Notes: generated by a model not told the origin, from the sequence alone. DNA of 51,583 nucleotides from an uncultured Candidatus Saccharibacteria bacterium (GCA_964521645.1 CAZFSB010000001.1:17712-69294), one strand, 5' to 3'; shown: positions 1 through 8,786, counted from the stretch's first letter. Program-made: numbers and translations.

Positions 1-2
1 CT

Positions 3-164
3 GGTGCCAACCCATTCCATGTCTGGGAGAGACTCCCACCGAACGAAAAGGATTGTTTCGGTTCGGTGGAGCAACATCCGGAGGGAATGGAATTGTGCAT
101 CGAACAGTGGATCGAGACCGGGGCAGCGAAACGTTGGGGTGAAGCATACGAACAAAATTCCTAA
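3..164 (+). CDS. 3' end of an unidentified protein-coding gene (partial, runs off the window start)
   Basis: Frame 3 is open from the window edge for 53 codons (GANPFHVWERLPPNEKDCFGSVEQHPEGMELCIEQWIETGAAKRWGEAYEQNS) to TAA at 162-164. A hairpin AAAACTGG/CCAGTTTT plus T-run follows at 187-217. Composition is protein-like but the family is not recognised. The ORF is below the ORF-track length cutoff. Confidence 0.35.
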   Translation, partial: GANPFHVWERLPPNEKDCFGSVEQHPEGMELCIEQWIETGAAKRWGEAYEQNS

Positions 165-264
165 GGACACCGAGTGTATCATCATTAAAACTGGTAAGCA
201 TTTGCTCGCCAGTTTTTATTTGCTTGCCTCGGCAAGATTAGACCGTATACTAAACGCCACTTAT

Positions 265-1011
265 ATGTCACACATCGACACCCTTTGCGCGCGACTCCTT
301 ACCGAAAAATATCAAGGGGGAAAGACCGAGCAATACGACCTGGACTGTGAACGCCTGCAAAAGGGGGAACCGTACGAGTATGTGCTGGGTTATGTCGATT
401 TTCTTGGAGCAAAGATCGACCTGTCGCTGCGGCCCATGATCCCCCGGCCTGAAACGGCTTTTTGGGTAGCGCGGGCGATTGAAGAACTGAAAGGGAAGGA
501 GGGTGGGCTGCGCCTGGCAGACACTTTTGCGGGAGCAGGGAATGTGGGTGTAGCCTTACTAAAACACTTACCAAACGCGACCGTCGACATTTCTGAACTG
601 GACCCGATGCTGAAAGAGCAAATTGAAAAGAATCTCGCGCTGAATGACCTTGTTCCCGAACGGGCCCGGGTGGTGAGTGCTTCGATCTTAGAAGGATTGA
701 CGGGGGAGTATGATGCCATTTTTGCCGTACCTCCTTATGTGCCATATGAAGCCTTACCCGACCTCGACCCAGAAATGATCGAGTTTGAGCCACACTTGGC
801 TTTCTTCGCGCACGAAGATGGCCACGAATTCCATCACGCGCTTATTGCTGGAGCTTGGGACCTTCTCAAGGAGGGAGGAACTCTTTATATGGAAGCTGAC
901 ATGGATCATAATCAAGCAATAAAAGAACTAGTCGAGGGGACCAAGTGGTCGAAGCTTGAATTCTGGCCCGACCCGTATGGCGCAACGCCGAATGTGGTGC
1001 TACGTAAGTAG
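265..1011 (+). CDS. prmC: HemK/PrmC-family SAM-dependent methyltransferase (release-factor glutamine methyltransferase-like)
   Basis: ORF 4..1011 trimmed to ATG 265 (MSHIDTLCARL...), because the upstream part overlaps the preceding gene end and terminator. SAM-binding motif DTFAGAGNVGVA. The IFAVPPYV...FEPHLAF stretch aligns with PrmC IVSNPPYI...FEPLTAL, but the catalytic motif is VPPY rather than NPPY. Confidence 0.7.
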   Translation: MSHIDTLCARLLTEKYQGGKTEQYDLDCERLQKGEPYEYVLGYVDFLGAKIDLSLRPMIPRPETAFWVARAIEELKGKEGGLRLADTFAGAGNVGVALLKHLPNATVDISELDPMLKEQIEKNLALNDLVPERARVVSASILEGLTGEYDAIFAVPPYVPYEALPDLDPEMIEFEPHLAFFAHEDGHEFHHALIAGAWDLLKEGGTLYMEADMDHNQAIKELVEGTKWSKLEFWPDPYGATPNVVLRK

Positions 1012-1092
1012 TTTTTTCTGTCCGGGTATCTATTTTGGGAATACAGCGTATACTTACCCCACCGCGGTTTAGTAGCTAACATATAACAATAT

Positions 1093-1182
1093 ATGACAGA
1101 CCCAAAAAAAGAAGAAGCCGTAGTTGCTACACCAGCCGCCGATACTCAAAAGCCAGAAGTGAGCGAGGAAAAGAAAGCATAA
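1093..1182 (+). CDS. possible 29-aa small protein (MTDPKKEEAVVATPAADTQKPEVSEEKKA)
   Basis: ATG 1093 to TAA 1180-1182, directly followed by an intrinsic terminator at 1196-1226. No homology is recognised and the ORF is short. Confidence 0.3.
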   Translation: MTDPKKEEAVVATPAADTQKPEVSEEKKA

Positions 1183-1195
1183 CCATCCGCCTTGC

Positions 1196-1226
1196 AAAAA
1201 AAACACTCTGCAGGGTGTTTTTTTGT
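1196..1226 (+). terminator. rho-independent terminator
   Basis: A-run, hairpin ACACTC-TGCA-GGGTGT, then TTTTTTT. Confidence 0.6.
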
Positions 1227-1306
1227 TGTAAGGATTTACCCGTCCAGTCGTTCACCTCATTTGCTTTTTTACTCTACGATGTGGTTTAATTTCCGGCACG
1301 TGACTT

Positions 1307-1390
1307 GCTGGAGTGGCGAAATTGGTAGACGCGCTACGTTCAGGTCGTAGTGGGGGCAACCCCATGGAGGTTCAAGTCCTCTCTCCAGCA
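1307..1390 (+). tRNA. tRNA-Leu (anticodon CAG), class II with long variable arm; CCA not encoded
   Basis: Acceptor GCTGGAG/CTCCAGC plus discriminator A. D-region GTGGCGAAATTGGTAGACGC is typical of tRNA-Leu. Anticodon stem CTACG/CGTAG with loop TTCAGGT. Variable arm GGGGGCAACCCC. T-arm GGAGG-TTCAAGT-CCTCT. Confidence 0.9.
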
Positions 1391-1522
1391 CAAAATGAGT
1401 CCAGCGAATTTTGTGCTGGAGAAGCAAAGTCTGGGGGACTTTGCGTGAGGGCTTGAAAAGGTTGCCAGCTATTTTAGAGCTTGCGAACAAAATAGCGACA
1501 ACCTATACAGATTCTGTAAGAA

Positions 1523-1542
1523 TCAAGTCCTCTCTCCAGCAC
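1523..1542 (+). repeat. 20-nt direct repeat of the tRNA-Leu 3' end (TCAAGTCCTCTCTCCAGCAC; first copy at 1372-1391)
   Basis: Exact 20/20 match found by eye. It covers the T-arm 3' half, the acceptor 3' strand, the discriminator and 1 further nt. This is att-like. Confidence 0.8.
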
Positions 1543-1644
1543 CCAAACTTCTGGCCGGCTCTCGAAGCGAGCCGGCCTAATACAGATCGACACTATTGAT
1601 ACGTTCTTATCACTTCTAGTGATATAGTATCTAAGCAGAGCCAC

Positions 1645-2514
1645 ATGACCCGCCCATTAATTAATATGAATTCATTTGAGAATCCACAGTCGACGCACAA
1701 CGAGACCTCTCCTCAAGAACTGAATATCGAATCATCTGCAGAAGTGACCGCGATGGTGTCCCAGGAAAGCACTCGTCTGAAGGAGCTGCTCGATCGCGCG
1801 ACCGGTAAAAGCAAAGCTCTTCTCCGTGCCTTTTTACTTAGTACTGCTATCGCCTGCACCCCCGCGCAGGCTTTTGATCAGGACCGAATGACCGAATCGC
1901 AACATGAAGACAGTACGATGATCCAAAGTGAAGTTGGGGGACAGATCGAATCAACCGATTCTCTGGATGTACTCTACCGTGATGATCAATTCACCTGGGG
2001 CGTGGAATACGTTCCTAAAGAAGCTGGAGACTCGAGCTTTTTAGCCCAACACTACATAAAGATCAACAATGTATCTGGAGAGAAAGTTGTTCTCGGTGCC
2101 TATGACAATATTTTTGACGCGGCCAAAGGCGTGGCTGAAAATTCGGAATTCCCTGAAAAGGTCAGACAGCATGCACAGAATGACGCAAACGTTGTTCAAA
2201 TGGAACGGGATTTTCAGGCTTCCGGCCTGACTGAAGCCACCGGGAACCCAGATGCACAAACACACATTGAAGAACGGGACTTCGACGGCTATGGAATTAA
2301 AGCAAAGACGATCGTCGAGGTGGATGATGCGGGAGAGGTGGTCAAGCTTCTTCGGGTTTCTAAGATCGAAGGAGACAACTTCAGTGCTGGCGAAAGCGGC
2401 GATCTCTCTGAGAGTAGCGCTGAGGCTCCTGGTTCGGACACGGAATTATCAGATTATGAGCGAGCACTTTTTGAGCAGATCAAAAAGCAAGAAGCTGATC
2501 TACTAGGAAAATAG
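1645..2514 (+). CDS. hypothetical acidic protein with one hydrophobic segment (LLRAFLLSTAIACTPAQA), probably exported or anchored
   Basis: Long ORF with protein-like composition. No family recognised. Confidence 0.6.
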   Translation: MTRPLINMNSFENPQSTHNETSPQELNIESSAEVTAMVSQESTRLKELLDRATGKSKALLRAFLLSTAIACTPAQAFDQDRMTESQHEDSTMIQSEVGGQIESTDSLDVLYRDDQFTWGVEYVPKEAGDSSFLAQHYIKINNVSGEKVVLGAYDNIFDAAKGVAENSEFPEKVRQHAQNDANVVQMERDFQASGLTEATGNPDAQTHIEERDFDGYGIKAKTIVEVDDAGEVVKLLRVSKIEGDNFSAGESGDLSESSAEAPGSDTELSDYERALFEQIKKQEADLLGK

Positions 2515-2518
2515 TATT

Positions 2519-2791
2519 ATGAACGACATACTGAAACAACTGGAAAACGAATTACGGGAAGCTGGCATGCCAATGAGTGAAATACAAGACATCCTGAAGA
2601 TCATTGTAGTCATGGAAGAGGAAGATCAGGCATCTTTAGTAGACCTCTTCAAGAGTGACCCGGCTTGGGCAGAAAAACTCAGTGAGCTACTGCGATCGAA
2701 AAAAGAGCTATTGGCATCAGGCGACACCGCCGGTTGGGATCAACTCGTTTCAGAGGAAGAACGAATGATTGAGGGTTTGCTTGAAAAGTAA
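2519..2791 (+). CDS. hypothetical small acidic protein (90 aa)
   Basis: ORF starts 4 nt after the upstream stop (likely co-transcribed) and is followed by a GC hairpin at 2824-2848. Confidence 0.55.
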   Translation: MNDILKQLENELREAGMPMSEIQDILKIIVVMEEEDQASLVDLFKSDPAWAEKLSELLRSKKELLASGDTAGWDQLVSEEERMIEGLLEK

Positions 2792-2981
2792 TGTTCTTTG
2801 GGGTTTCTCTCGTTTGGGTTATCGGCCGGCTCGCGAAGCGAGCCGGCCGTTTAACGTACAACCGCTTGTATTTCTTTACAGCTATGCTTTAATGCTGGTA
2901 CGAAACGAAGCTCCTCTGAAGTTTTGAAGAAAGACCAGGTGAAGTGATGTTTTGTTTAAAATAATTTAGATCTACACACAT

Positions 2982-3179
2982 ATGAAGGGTTCAATCGTAC
3001 GAAAGCGCACAGAGGGTTACGGATTCATCAAGCCAGAGAACGGCGAGAAGGACGTATTCTTCCACGCTTCAGCTCTCGTTGACGTTGCTTTTGATGACCT
3101 CAACGAAGGTGACGTTGTTACTTTCGAAGTTGAGCAGGGTCCAAAGGGTCCAGCTGCAACAAACGTACAACGCGCGTAA
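2982..3179 (+). CDS. csp: cold-shock protein, CspA family (CSD)
   Basis: 65 aa. RNP1-like GYGFI and RNP2-like VFFH motifs. Full-length match to the cold-shock domain pattern (GFIKPENGEKDVFFHASAL...GDVVTFEVEQGPKGPAATNV). Confidence 0.92.
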   Translation: MKGSIVRKRTEGYGFIKPENGEKDVFFHASALVDVAFDDLNEGDVVTFEVEQGPKGPAATNVQRA

Positions 3180-3187
3180 GGAGTGAG

Positions 3188-3226
3188 AAAAAGCCGGGTG
3201 GGGGCAAAGCCCCCACCCGGCTTTTT
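3188..3226 (+). terminator. rho-independent terminator of csp
   Basis: AAAAAGCCGGGTGGGGG-CAAA-CCCCCACCCGGCTTTTT. Confidence 0.85.
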
Positions 3227-3261
3227 CGTATCCGTTACTCGTGTGCCATAATATACATACC

Positions 3262-3651
3262 ATGCTCTTTCTCTCGATAGTGCACCACTATTTATTTTGG
3301 CACTACACACGCGCCTTTTTGGAGATATTTCACGTCTGGTTCAATTTTCTCTGGTTCGTTGTTCATTTCTTCTCCCTCCCGCAGCTGATGCGCTCCTGGA
3401 TCTCGCCCTGGAAGCGCATGGTGGAGGACCGCGGGAATAAATGGAACCTGGAAGACCTGGCTGGCTACATTATCATCGGTTTCTTTTCACGAGTCATCGG
3501 TTTCATTCTACGAACAGTCATCATTTTTATTGGTCTGTTTTGCCTGCTCATTACTGTCGTTGCCGGATTCTTAGTGTACGTCTTTTGGCTGGCCGCTCCG
3601 CTCATCATCATTTCTCTGGTCGTCTTCGGCGTCACCCTCTTATTAGCCTAG
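3262..3651 (+). CDS. hypothetical integral membrane protein (about 4 TM segments)
   Basis: ORF 3241..3651 (GTG) trimmed to ATG 3262. CATAAT at 3247-3252 lies 9 nt upstream. Sequence is very hydrophobic (FLWFVVHFF..., IIIGFFSRVIGFILRTVIIFIGLFCLLITVVAGFLVYVFWLAAPLIIISLVVFGVTLLLA). Confidence 0.65.
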   Translation: MLFLSIVHHYLFWHYTRAFLEIFHVWFNFLWFVVHFFSLPQLMRSWISPWKRMVEDRGNKWNLEDLAGYIIIGFFSRVIGFILRTVIIFIGLFCLLITVVAGFLVYVFWLAAPLIIISLVVFGVTLLLA

Positions 3652-3662
3652 TCACTAGCACT

Positions 3663-6113
3663 ATGATCACCCTACACGACAGCGTCAAATACTATACCCC
3701 CGCAGTCCGACTCACCCTGGTGGTCGGCCGACCAACCCTTTCTCTCTTGCGGACCGTTTCCTTTGCGGGAATGACCTTGTGTGGCGTGGGAGCGGCTGCT
3801 GCCTTCTACTTCCCAGACGGACCGATCGGCCCTTTTGCCAATCCTCTACTTGGGGCAGGAGCTCTGTTTGCTGCCTTTTGGCTCGAACAAATGCTCGTTT
3901 TTTCCTACCACAACAGCTTCTACTTCCGTGGGTTGAATTCACTCATTGGTATCGATGAAGAAGATATCAGCGGCGCCACGTACGACGTTGCGGCGGCAGT
4001 GCTGAAATACCCTCACGACGTTACTTTGGCTTTTTGTGCTTCTAATTTTGGCTCACAGGCGCTCCTGCGCAGCGGCGTTCCCACAGAAGCAGTGGACGAA
4101 TTCCTGCGCGGCACCAGGCAGATGATCACCCCTGATATGGTCATGCTGCCTGAGAATGAGATCTTCAGTCTGATCGGTCTCGGGAAATACCTACTCGCTC
4201 ATGACACTGGCTTCAAATCACTCATTGCCAAGACGGGCATCACTGAAGACGTTTTCATTGGAGCCCTTCGCTGGGTGGTTGGTTCATACCACCAAGAGAA
4301 ACGTCGTATCCGCTGGTGGAGCAAGGACAACCTTTCTCGCACGACCGGCATTGGTCGCGAGTGGGCCTACGGCACTGCCTACTTACTCGAAAAATTCTCT
4401 CGAGATATTCGCACGAGCGCGGTGTTCTCTACGCTTGGCGCTGATAGTTCTTTTGCGGCAGAAAAGGTGCGTGAAATTGAGTCGGCCCTGGTACGCGCCA
4501 AAGATTCAAATGTTCTCGTCATTGGTGAAGCCGGGGTAGGAAAGATCGACCTGATCATGGAGATCGCCAAGCGGATCAACCTTGGGAAATCACTCGACGC
4601 CATCTCCGGCCGTCAGCTGATCGTTCTTGACACCAACCGACTCTTTGCGGTCCATAAAGACAAGCAAGAACTAGAGCTCACCTTGCTACAGATGTTCGAC
4701 GAAGCGACCGAAGCGGGCAACATCATCATCGTCATCGAAAACCTCAGCACCTTTATTCGCGAAGCACAGGCGATGGGTGTCTTCATTCCAGAATTACTCG
4801 ATGAGTACCTGGCGCTTCCACAGCTGCAGATCATTGCCACTGATACCCCCGGGTCTTACCACACCTTCCTCGAACCCCTCGGCGCGTTCTCGAGGCGGTT
4901 TGCAGAAGTACTCATTGAAAGCCCCGACCTTTCTGCTACGACACGAGTCCTCCAAGACATCGCGCTCCAACATGAAATGAGGAGTCACACCCTCTTCACC
5001 TACGCTGGCCTACACGCGGTCACTGTCGCGGCCGACCGCTACATCGTGGAAGGAGTCATGCCAGGCAAGGCCATTGAGCTTCTCATCGACGTGGTCACCA
5101 AGGCTCAGCAAACCAATACGAGTATCATCACCGAGGATTTTGTCTACGAAACAGTCAGTGAGAAGACGGGCGTCCCCGCTGGCCCGATCCAAAATTCCGA
5201 GCGCGACCTTCTCCTTCACCTAGAAGACCGTCTGCATCAGCAGGTCATTGGGCAACAGAATGCCCTCAACGCTATCGCGCGTACGATGCGCCGCGCTCGC
5301 GCTGGCATCCAAGCAACCGATAAACCGATCGGGTCGTTCCTCTTTTTAGGGCCAACCGGAGTCGGAAAGACCGAGACCGCGAAAGCGCTCGCCAAGATCT
5401 TCTTTGGCGGAGAAGACAAGATGCAGCGAATCGATATGTCTGAGTATAGTGGCGATGACGCGCTGGTCCAACTCATTGGCAATGGAGAAGAGGCCGGCAC
5501 CCTGCCATCAATGCTTCGCGAACACCCCTACTGCGTCCTCCTACTTGATGAGTTTGAGAAAGCCAGCCGACCAGTGCACGATCTGTTCCTGCAGATATTG
5601 GATGAGGGAATGTTCACCGACGCGCGCGGAGCGCGCGTCAACGCTCGCAACACTATCATCATCGCCACCTCTAACGCTGGGAGTCAGCTTATTTTGAAAA
5701 CTGTCCAGCAGCGTAAGCAACTTGCACACCTCACCCAAGAGATCATCGACCATATTGTACGCGAGGGGGTCTACCGACCTGAACTCATCAACCGGTTCGA
5801 TAGCACTATTGTCTTTGAGCCACTCACCGTTGCGGAACAGACCGATGTCGCCAGCCTCATGCTTGGTGGACTGTATGACCGGGTGAAGCAGCGCGGCTAC
5901 GATCTTACCGTGAGCAAGGACCTGCTCGATGTCCTGGTAGAGAAAGGGTACAACCCTGAGTACGGTGCGCGACCGATGCAGCGCGTGCTCCAGGATGTGA
6001 TCGAAGAGAAGATCGCCCAAAAGATCATCGCTGGAACCGTGGCAAAGGGGGAGGCAATCACCCTTACCAAGGCCGATTTCACCGACGCGGAACTCGCGGT
6101 CCAGGGTACGTAG
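3663..6113 (+). CDS. membrane-anchored Clp/Hsp100-family AAA+ ATPase (ClpC/ClpB-like), degenerate NBD1 and intact NBD2
   Basis: ORF 3441..6113 trimmed to ATG 3663, because the upstream part overlaps the previous gene in another frame. Two N-terminal hydrophobic segments. NBD1 has VIGEAGVGKI (no Thr) and IIIVIENLS in place of a DE Walker B. NBD2 has GPTGVGKTETAKALA, VLLLDEFEKA and sensor-2 GARPMQR. Confidence 0.85.
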   Translation: MITLHDSVKYYTPAVRLTLVVGRPTLSLLRTVSFAGMTLCGVGAAAAFYFPDGPIGPFANPLLGAGALFAAFWLEQMLVFSYHNSFYFRGLNSLIGIDEEDISGATYDVAAAVLKYPHDVTLAFCASNFGSQALLRSGVPTEAVDEFLRGTRQMITPDMVMLPENEIFSLIGLGKYLLAHDTGFKSLIAKTGITEDVFIGALRWVVGSYHQEKRRIRWWSKDNLSRTTGIGREWAYGTAYLLEKFSRDIRTSAVFSTLGADSSFAAEKVREIESALVRAKDSNVLVIGEAGVGKIDLIMEIAKRINLGKSLDAISGRQLIVLDTNRLFAVHKDKQELELTLLQMFDEATEAGNIIIVIENLSTFIREAQAMGVFIPELLDEYLALPQLQIIATDTPGSYHTFLEPLGAFSRRFAEVLIESPDLSATTRVLQDIALQHEMRSHTLFTYAGLHAVTVAADRYIVEGVMPGKAIELLIDVVTKAQQTNTSIITEDFVYETVSEKTGVPAGPIQNSERDLLLHLEDRLHQQVIGQQNALNAIARTMRRARAGIQATDKPIGSFLFLGPTGVGKTETAKALAKIFFGGEDKMQRIDMSEYSGDDALVQLIGNGEEAGTLPSMLREHPYCVLLLDEFEKASRPVHDLFLQILDEGMFTDARGARVNARNTIIIATSNAGSQLILKTVQQRKQLAHLTQEIIDHIVREGVYRPELINRFDSTIVFEPLTVAEQTDVASLMLGGLYDRVKQRGYDLTVSKDLLDVLVEKGYNPEYGARPMQRVLQDVIEEKIAQKIIAGTVAKGEAITLTKADFTDAELAVQGT

Positions 6114-6122
6114 GTGGTACAT

Positions 6123-6157
6123 AAAAAAGGCGGGCCCCGAAGGGGCCCGCCTTTTTT
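6123..6157. terminator. bidirectional terminator between convergent genes
   Basis: AAAAAAGGCGGGCCCC-GAAG-GGGCCCGCCTTTTTT. Confidence 0.85.
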
Positions 6158-6167
6158 CTTTTACCAC

Positions 6168-8717
6168 CTACTCCTCCGAAACAATGATATTCTCCTTTGG
6201 TCGTTCTAGTAAGGCTGTCACGATGAAGAGAAGGCCGATGCCAAGGAAGGTGAAGATCCTCCACACCAACTCCATATCCCACACATCCACCAGAGCCAGT
6301 CGAAGGATGACCGCAGAAAGCAGCAGCACTCCCACCCGCTTCCACACCACCGAACCGGTCATGCGGCCGCGACTGTACGAAAAGAGTCCCGCCACGGTGT
6401 AGATGAAGAGCGCGATGGTGACCGCGATCGCCCCCTCAGTAAAGACGGTCTGGTTCATGATCCACACTAGGGCGAAGACGAGAAGACCTGCAATGACGTA
6501 GAGTGCCGAGGCTGAGACTTGGAGGGGTTCTCTCTCCGTATCAGCAACATACTGTCGGTACTCTAAGAGGGTGGTCGCGAGCAGGAAGAGGATCGTCGTT
6601 GTGACATACAAGCCAACCGCATTGATATCCATGAGTCCCGCCGACCAACCACCAACTTCCAATGACTCAAGGAGCAATACTCCCGGAAGGATGAGAACGA
6701 ACAGGATCGGGAGCAACTTGCCGACACTTACCCGCAGCAACATCAGCCCGTTAGCGATGAGATAGATGAGTACGGTGTAGCTGACCGCTGTCACCACGCG
6801 CTCGGCGTCTCCGGAAAGCAACGTATCCCAGATCGTGCTGAGGAACATAAAGCCAAAACCGATAGCGACCCAGACCAGAAGGTAGGCGTACTCTTTGGAC
6901 AGACCATTCGATCGTTCGTCTGCTGGTTCGTTCACCCAATACAGCATCATGATGCTAAGCAGGCTGACAAAGTAGAACGAGGCTCCCAAGAATGGCTGAT
7001 GCATGACACCACTATTCCACGCTGAGTCGGCCAAAAGCGCTAGCGCACTAAAAGTTGGCGCCAGTAATGTAAACAGGGCGATCCCCTGCCAGGAGTCGCG
7101 GGGAACAGCGCGCAGCAAGTAGACGATCACCAGGGCTGCCAGAATGGTGAGTAGGATAGTGGTCATTGATCCTTCATCAAAACTCTGCTGTGAATCTCCG
7201 ACCACAACACTAGCCGCCACCACAAAGGTGTACCAGGCGATCAGTAGCCCGCCCGCTGTCTGGCGCAACCAATCGATCGACTGAAGGGCTGGACTTCGCA
7301 AACTCCAGACCACGGCAAAACCGAGAGTAATGATGACGCTCAGCACTCCGAGTGCTTCCGCGTGGAAGACGCCACTATTCCAGGAGGGATCCATGAGGTT
7401 CGCCACCCCGGAAAAGAGTGGTAGCGCGAAAAGTAGCGCTGCGATCACGATCGAGCGGGGGACTGTGGCGAGGCGAATACTGAGGAAGTAAAGAGCCAGC
7501 ACTTCAACCGAGTAGGCGATGGTAAGCACAAATCCGTCAAACAGCTTGGCGGTACCGATCAAGCTACAGATCAAGCTGATAGCCACAAAGAGCGATACAC
7601 CATCGGCGGCCACGCCACGGATGCGCAGCGCGTATCCCACAAACCCCGTGACCGCAGCCGCGACAAACAGAGCCAAGGCGGGGAACAGGGCGATCTCGTT
7701 CGCGTAGAGAACGAACTGCAGAGAGATGGTTACCAAGATCAAGACGTCAGAGAGAGCTGGCTGGTTGGTGCGGAGGATACTGACTGCCGTGCTCGCACAG
7801 AACAGAAGAGAAAATAGGACCACGAAGAACCACAGGACGTTCTCATTGAGAGCACTGTTGCTATACACCAGCGCTAGGTAGAACGCGGAACCAAAAACTA
7901 GGGTGAGTGATACACCACGCCACGCCGTAAAGAACACGACCGCCACGAAACCAATGGAGAGTAGGAAGACGTACGAGAGGAGGAGAGCGGAGAGCGGCTC
8001 ATCAAACTTGACCAGGACCGGAGCAAGCAGACCAGCGACACTAGCCACGACACCGAGCCACTCTGTCTTTGTTTGGAGCGCCACATGAAGTGTGTAGGCA
8101 ATACTCACGACCATCAGCCCTAGGGCGACAAATGGTGGCAGTATAGGAACCGGGAAAGCAAATTGTGAAGCGATGGCGGTACCCAGAAAAACACCGGTTC
8201 CAAGCGTGGTCAGCACCTGATACTGTGTCACTTCTGCCGCTCGGCGCCAGTGGCCGACCACGTAGATGGCACCAGCGAGCAAGAGACCGAGAACAATACG
8301 CATGAATGGGCTGATCCAGTTTTCCTGAATAGCCAGACTCACAAACCACACCGCACCCAAGAAGAAGATGATGGAACCGATCTTGATGAGTGTCTGTTCT
8401 CGGAACCACGTTACCAAGAAAAAGTCCTCGGTTGGTGCTTCGCTGTACAGCGGCGTATAGGACGGCGGGGGAGGGAGCGGGGCCGGCTCACTGTATACCG
8501 GCGCAACTGGTGTTTCGGGCGCCCCAAACGGTGGTGGTACGTTGGTAGTTGCTTCTGCTGGTTGGTACGGGGCTGTCTCCTCGTACTTGGTCTCAGCTTG
8601 CACTGATGCTTGGTAGCGCAGTGAGCGTACTTTTCGTTCTAGTTCATCGACGCGGTTTCGGAGAGAAACGTGCGCGAAAACAAGGATCATAAAGGCGAAA
8701 AAAGCGAGCAGGGCCAT
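6168..8717 (-). CDS. large polytopic membrane protein (about 25 TM segments), DUF2339-like architecture
   Basis: ORF 6168..8831 trimmed to ATG 8717 (MALLAFFAFMILVF...), because the upstream codons cover the terminator hairpin of the preceding gene. Architecture is an N-terminal TM, a coiled segment (RNRVDELERKVRSL), a Pro-rich linker, then a long array of TM helices. The family assignment is from memory of the architecture only. Confidence 0.7.
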   Translation of the reverse strand: MALLAFFAFMILVFAHVSLRNRVDELERKVRSLRYQASVQAETKYEETAPYQPAEATTNVPPPFGAPETPVAPVYSEPAPLPPPPSYTPLYSEAPTEDFFLVTWFREQTLIKIGSIIFFLGAVWFVSLAIQENWISPFMRIVLGLLLAGAIYVVGHWRRAAEVTQYQVLTTLGTGVFLGTAIASQFAFPVPILPPFVALGLMVVSIAYTLHVALQTKTEWLGVVASVAGLLAPVLVKFDEPLSALLLSYVFLLSIGFVAVVFFTAWRGVSLTLVFGSAFYLALVYSNSALNENVLWFFVVLFSLLFCASTAVSILRTNQPALSDVLILVTISLQFVLYANEIALFPALALFVAAAVTGFVGYALRIRGVAADGVSLFVAISLICSLIGTAKLFDGFVLTIAYSVEVLALYFLSIRLATVPRSIVIAALLFALPLFSGVANLMDPSWNSGVFHAEALGVLSVIITLGFAVVWSLRSPALQSIDWLRQTAGGLLIAWYTFVVAASVVVGDSQQSFDEGSMTTILLTILAALVIVYLLRAVPRDSWQGIALFTLLAPTFSALALLADSAWNSGVMHQPFLGASFYFVSLLSIMMLYWVNEPADERSNGLSKEYAYLLVWVAIGFGFMFLSTIWDTLLSGDAERVVTAVSYTVLIYLIANGLMLLRVSVGKLLPILFVLILPGVLLLESLEVGGWSAGLMDINAVGLYVTTTILFLLATTLLEYRQYVADTEREPLQVSASALYVIAGLLVFALVWIMNQTVFTEGAIAVTIALFIYTVAGLFSYSRGRMTGSVVWKRVGVLLLSAVILRLALVDVWDMELVWRIFTFLGIGLLFIVTALLERPKENIIVSEE

Positions 8718-8786
8718 AAGGATATAAATATGATATGTGTAATACGTAAAGTATGACACAGCGCTGGCCGGCTGGGGCACATATCC

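Noticed and set aside
1-264. Nested complementary segments (CCATTCC/GGAATGG and CTCCCACCGAAC/CGGTTCGGTGGAG) suggested the 3' part of a structured RNA such as RNase P RNA or 5S rRNA.
   Set aside because: No RNase P, 5S, tmRNA or SRP consensus blocks are present. Frame 3 is an open, protein-like reading frame from the window edge to TAA 162-164, followed by a terminator, so a partial CDS is the simpler explanation.
4-264. N-terminal extension of the methyltransferase ORF (ORF-track start at 4).
   Set aside because: The translation is Arg/Ser-rich and not protein-like, and it overlaps the upstream gene end and its terminator. ATG 265 gives a full PrmC-like domain.
3441-3662. A 74-codon N-terminal extension of the Clp-like ORF overlapping the preceding membrane-protein gene.
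   Set aside because: It lies in a different frame from a convincing hydrophobic CDS. The extension is His/Arg/Ser-rich nonsense, and ATG 3663 lies 11 nt after the upstream stop.
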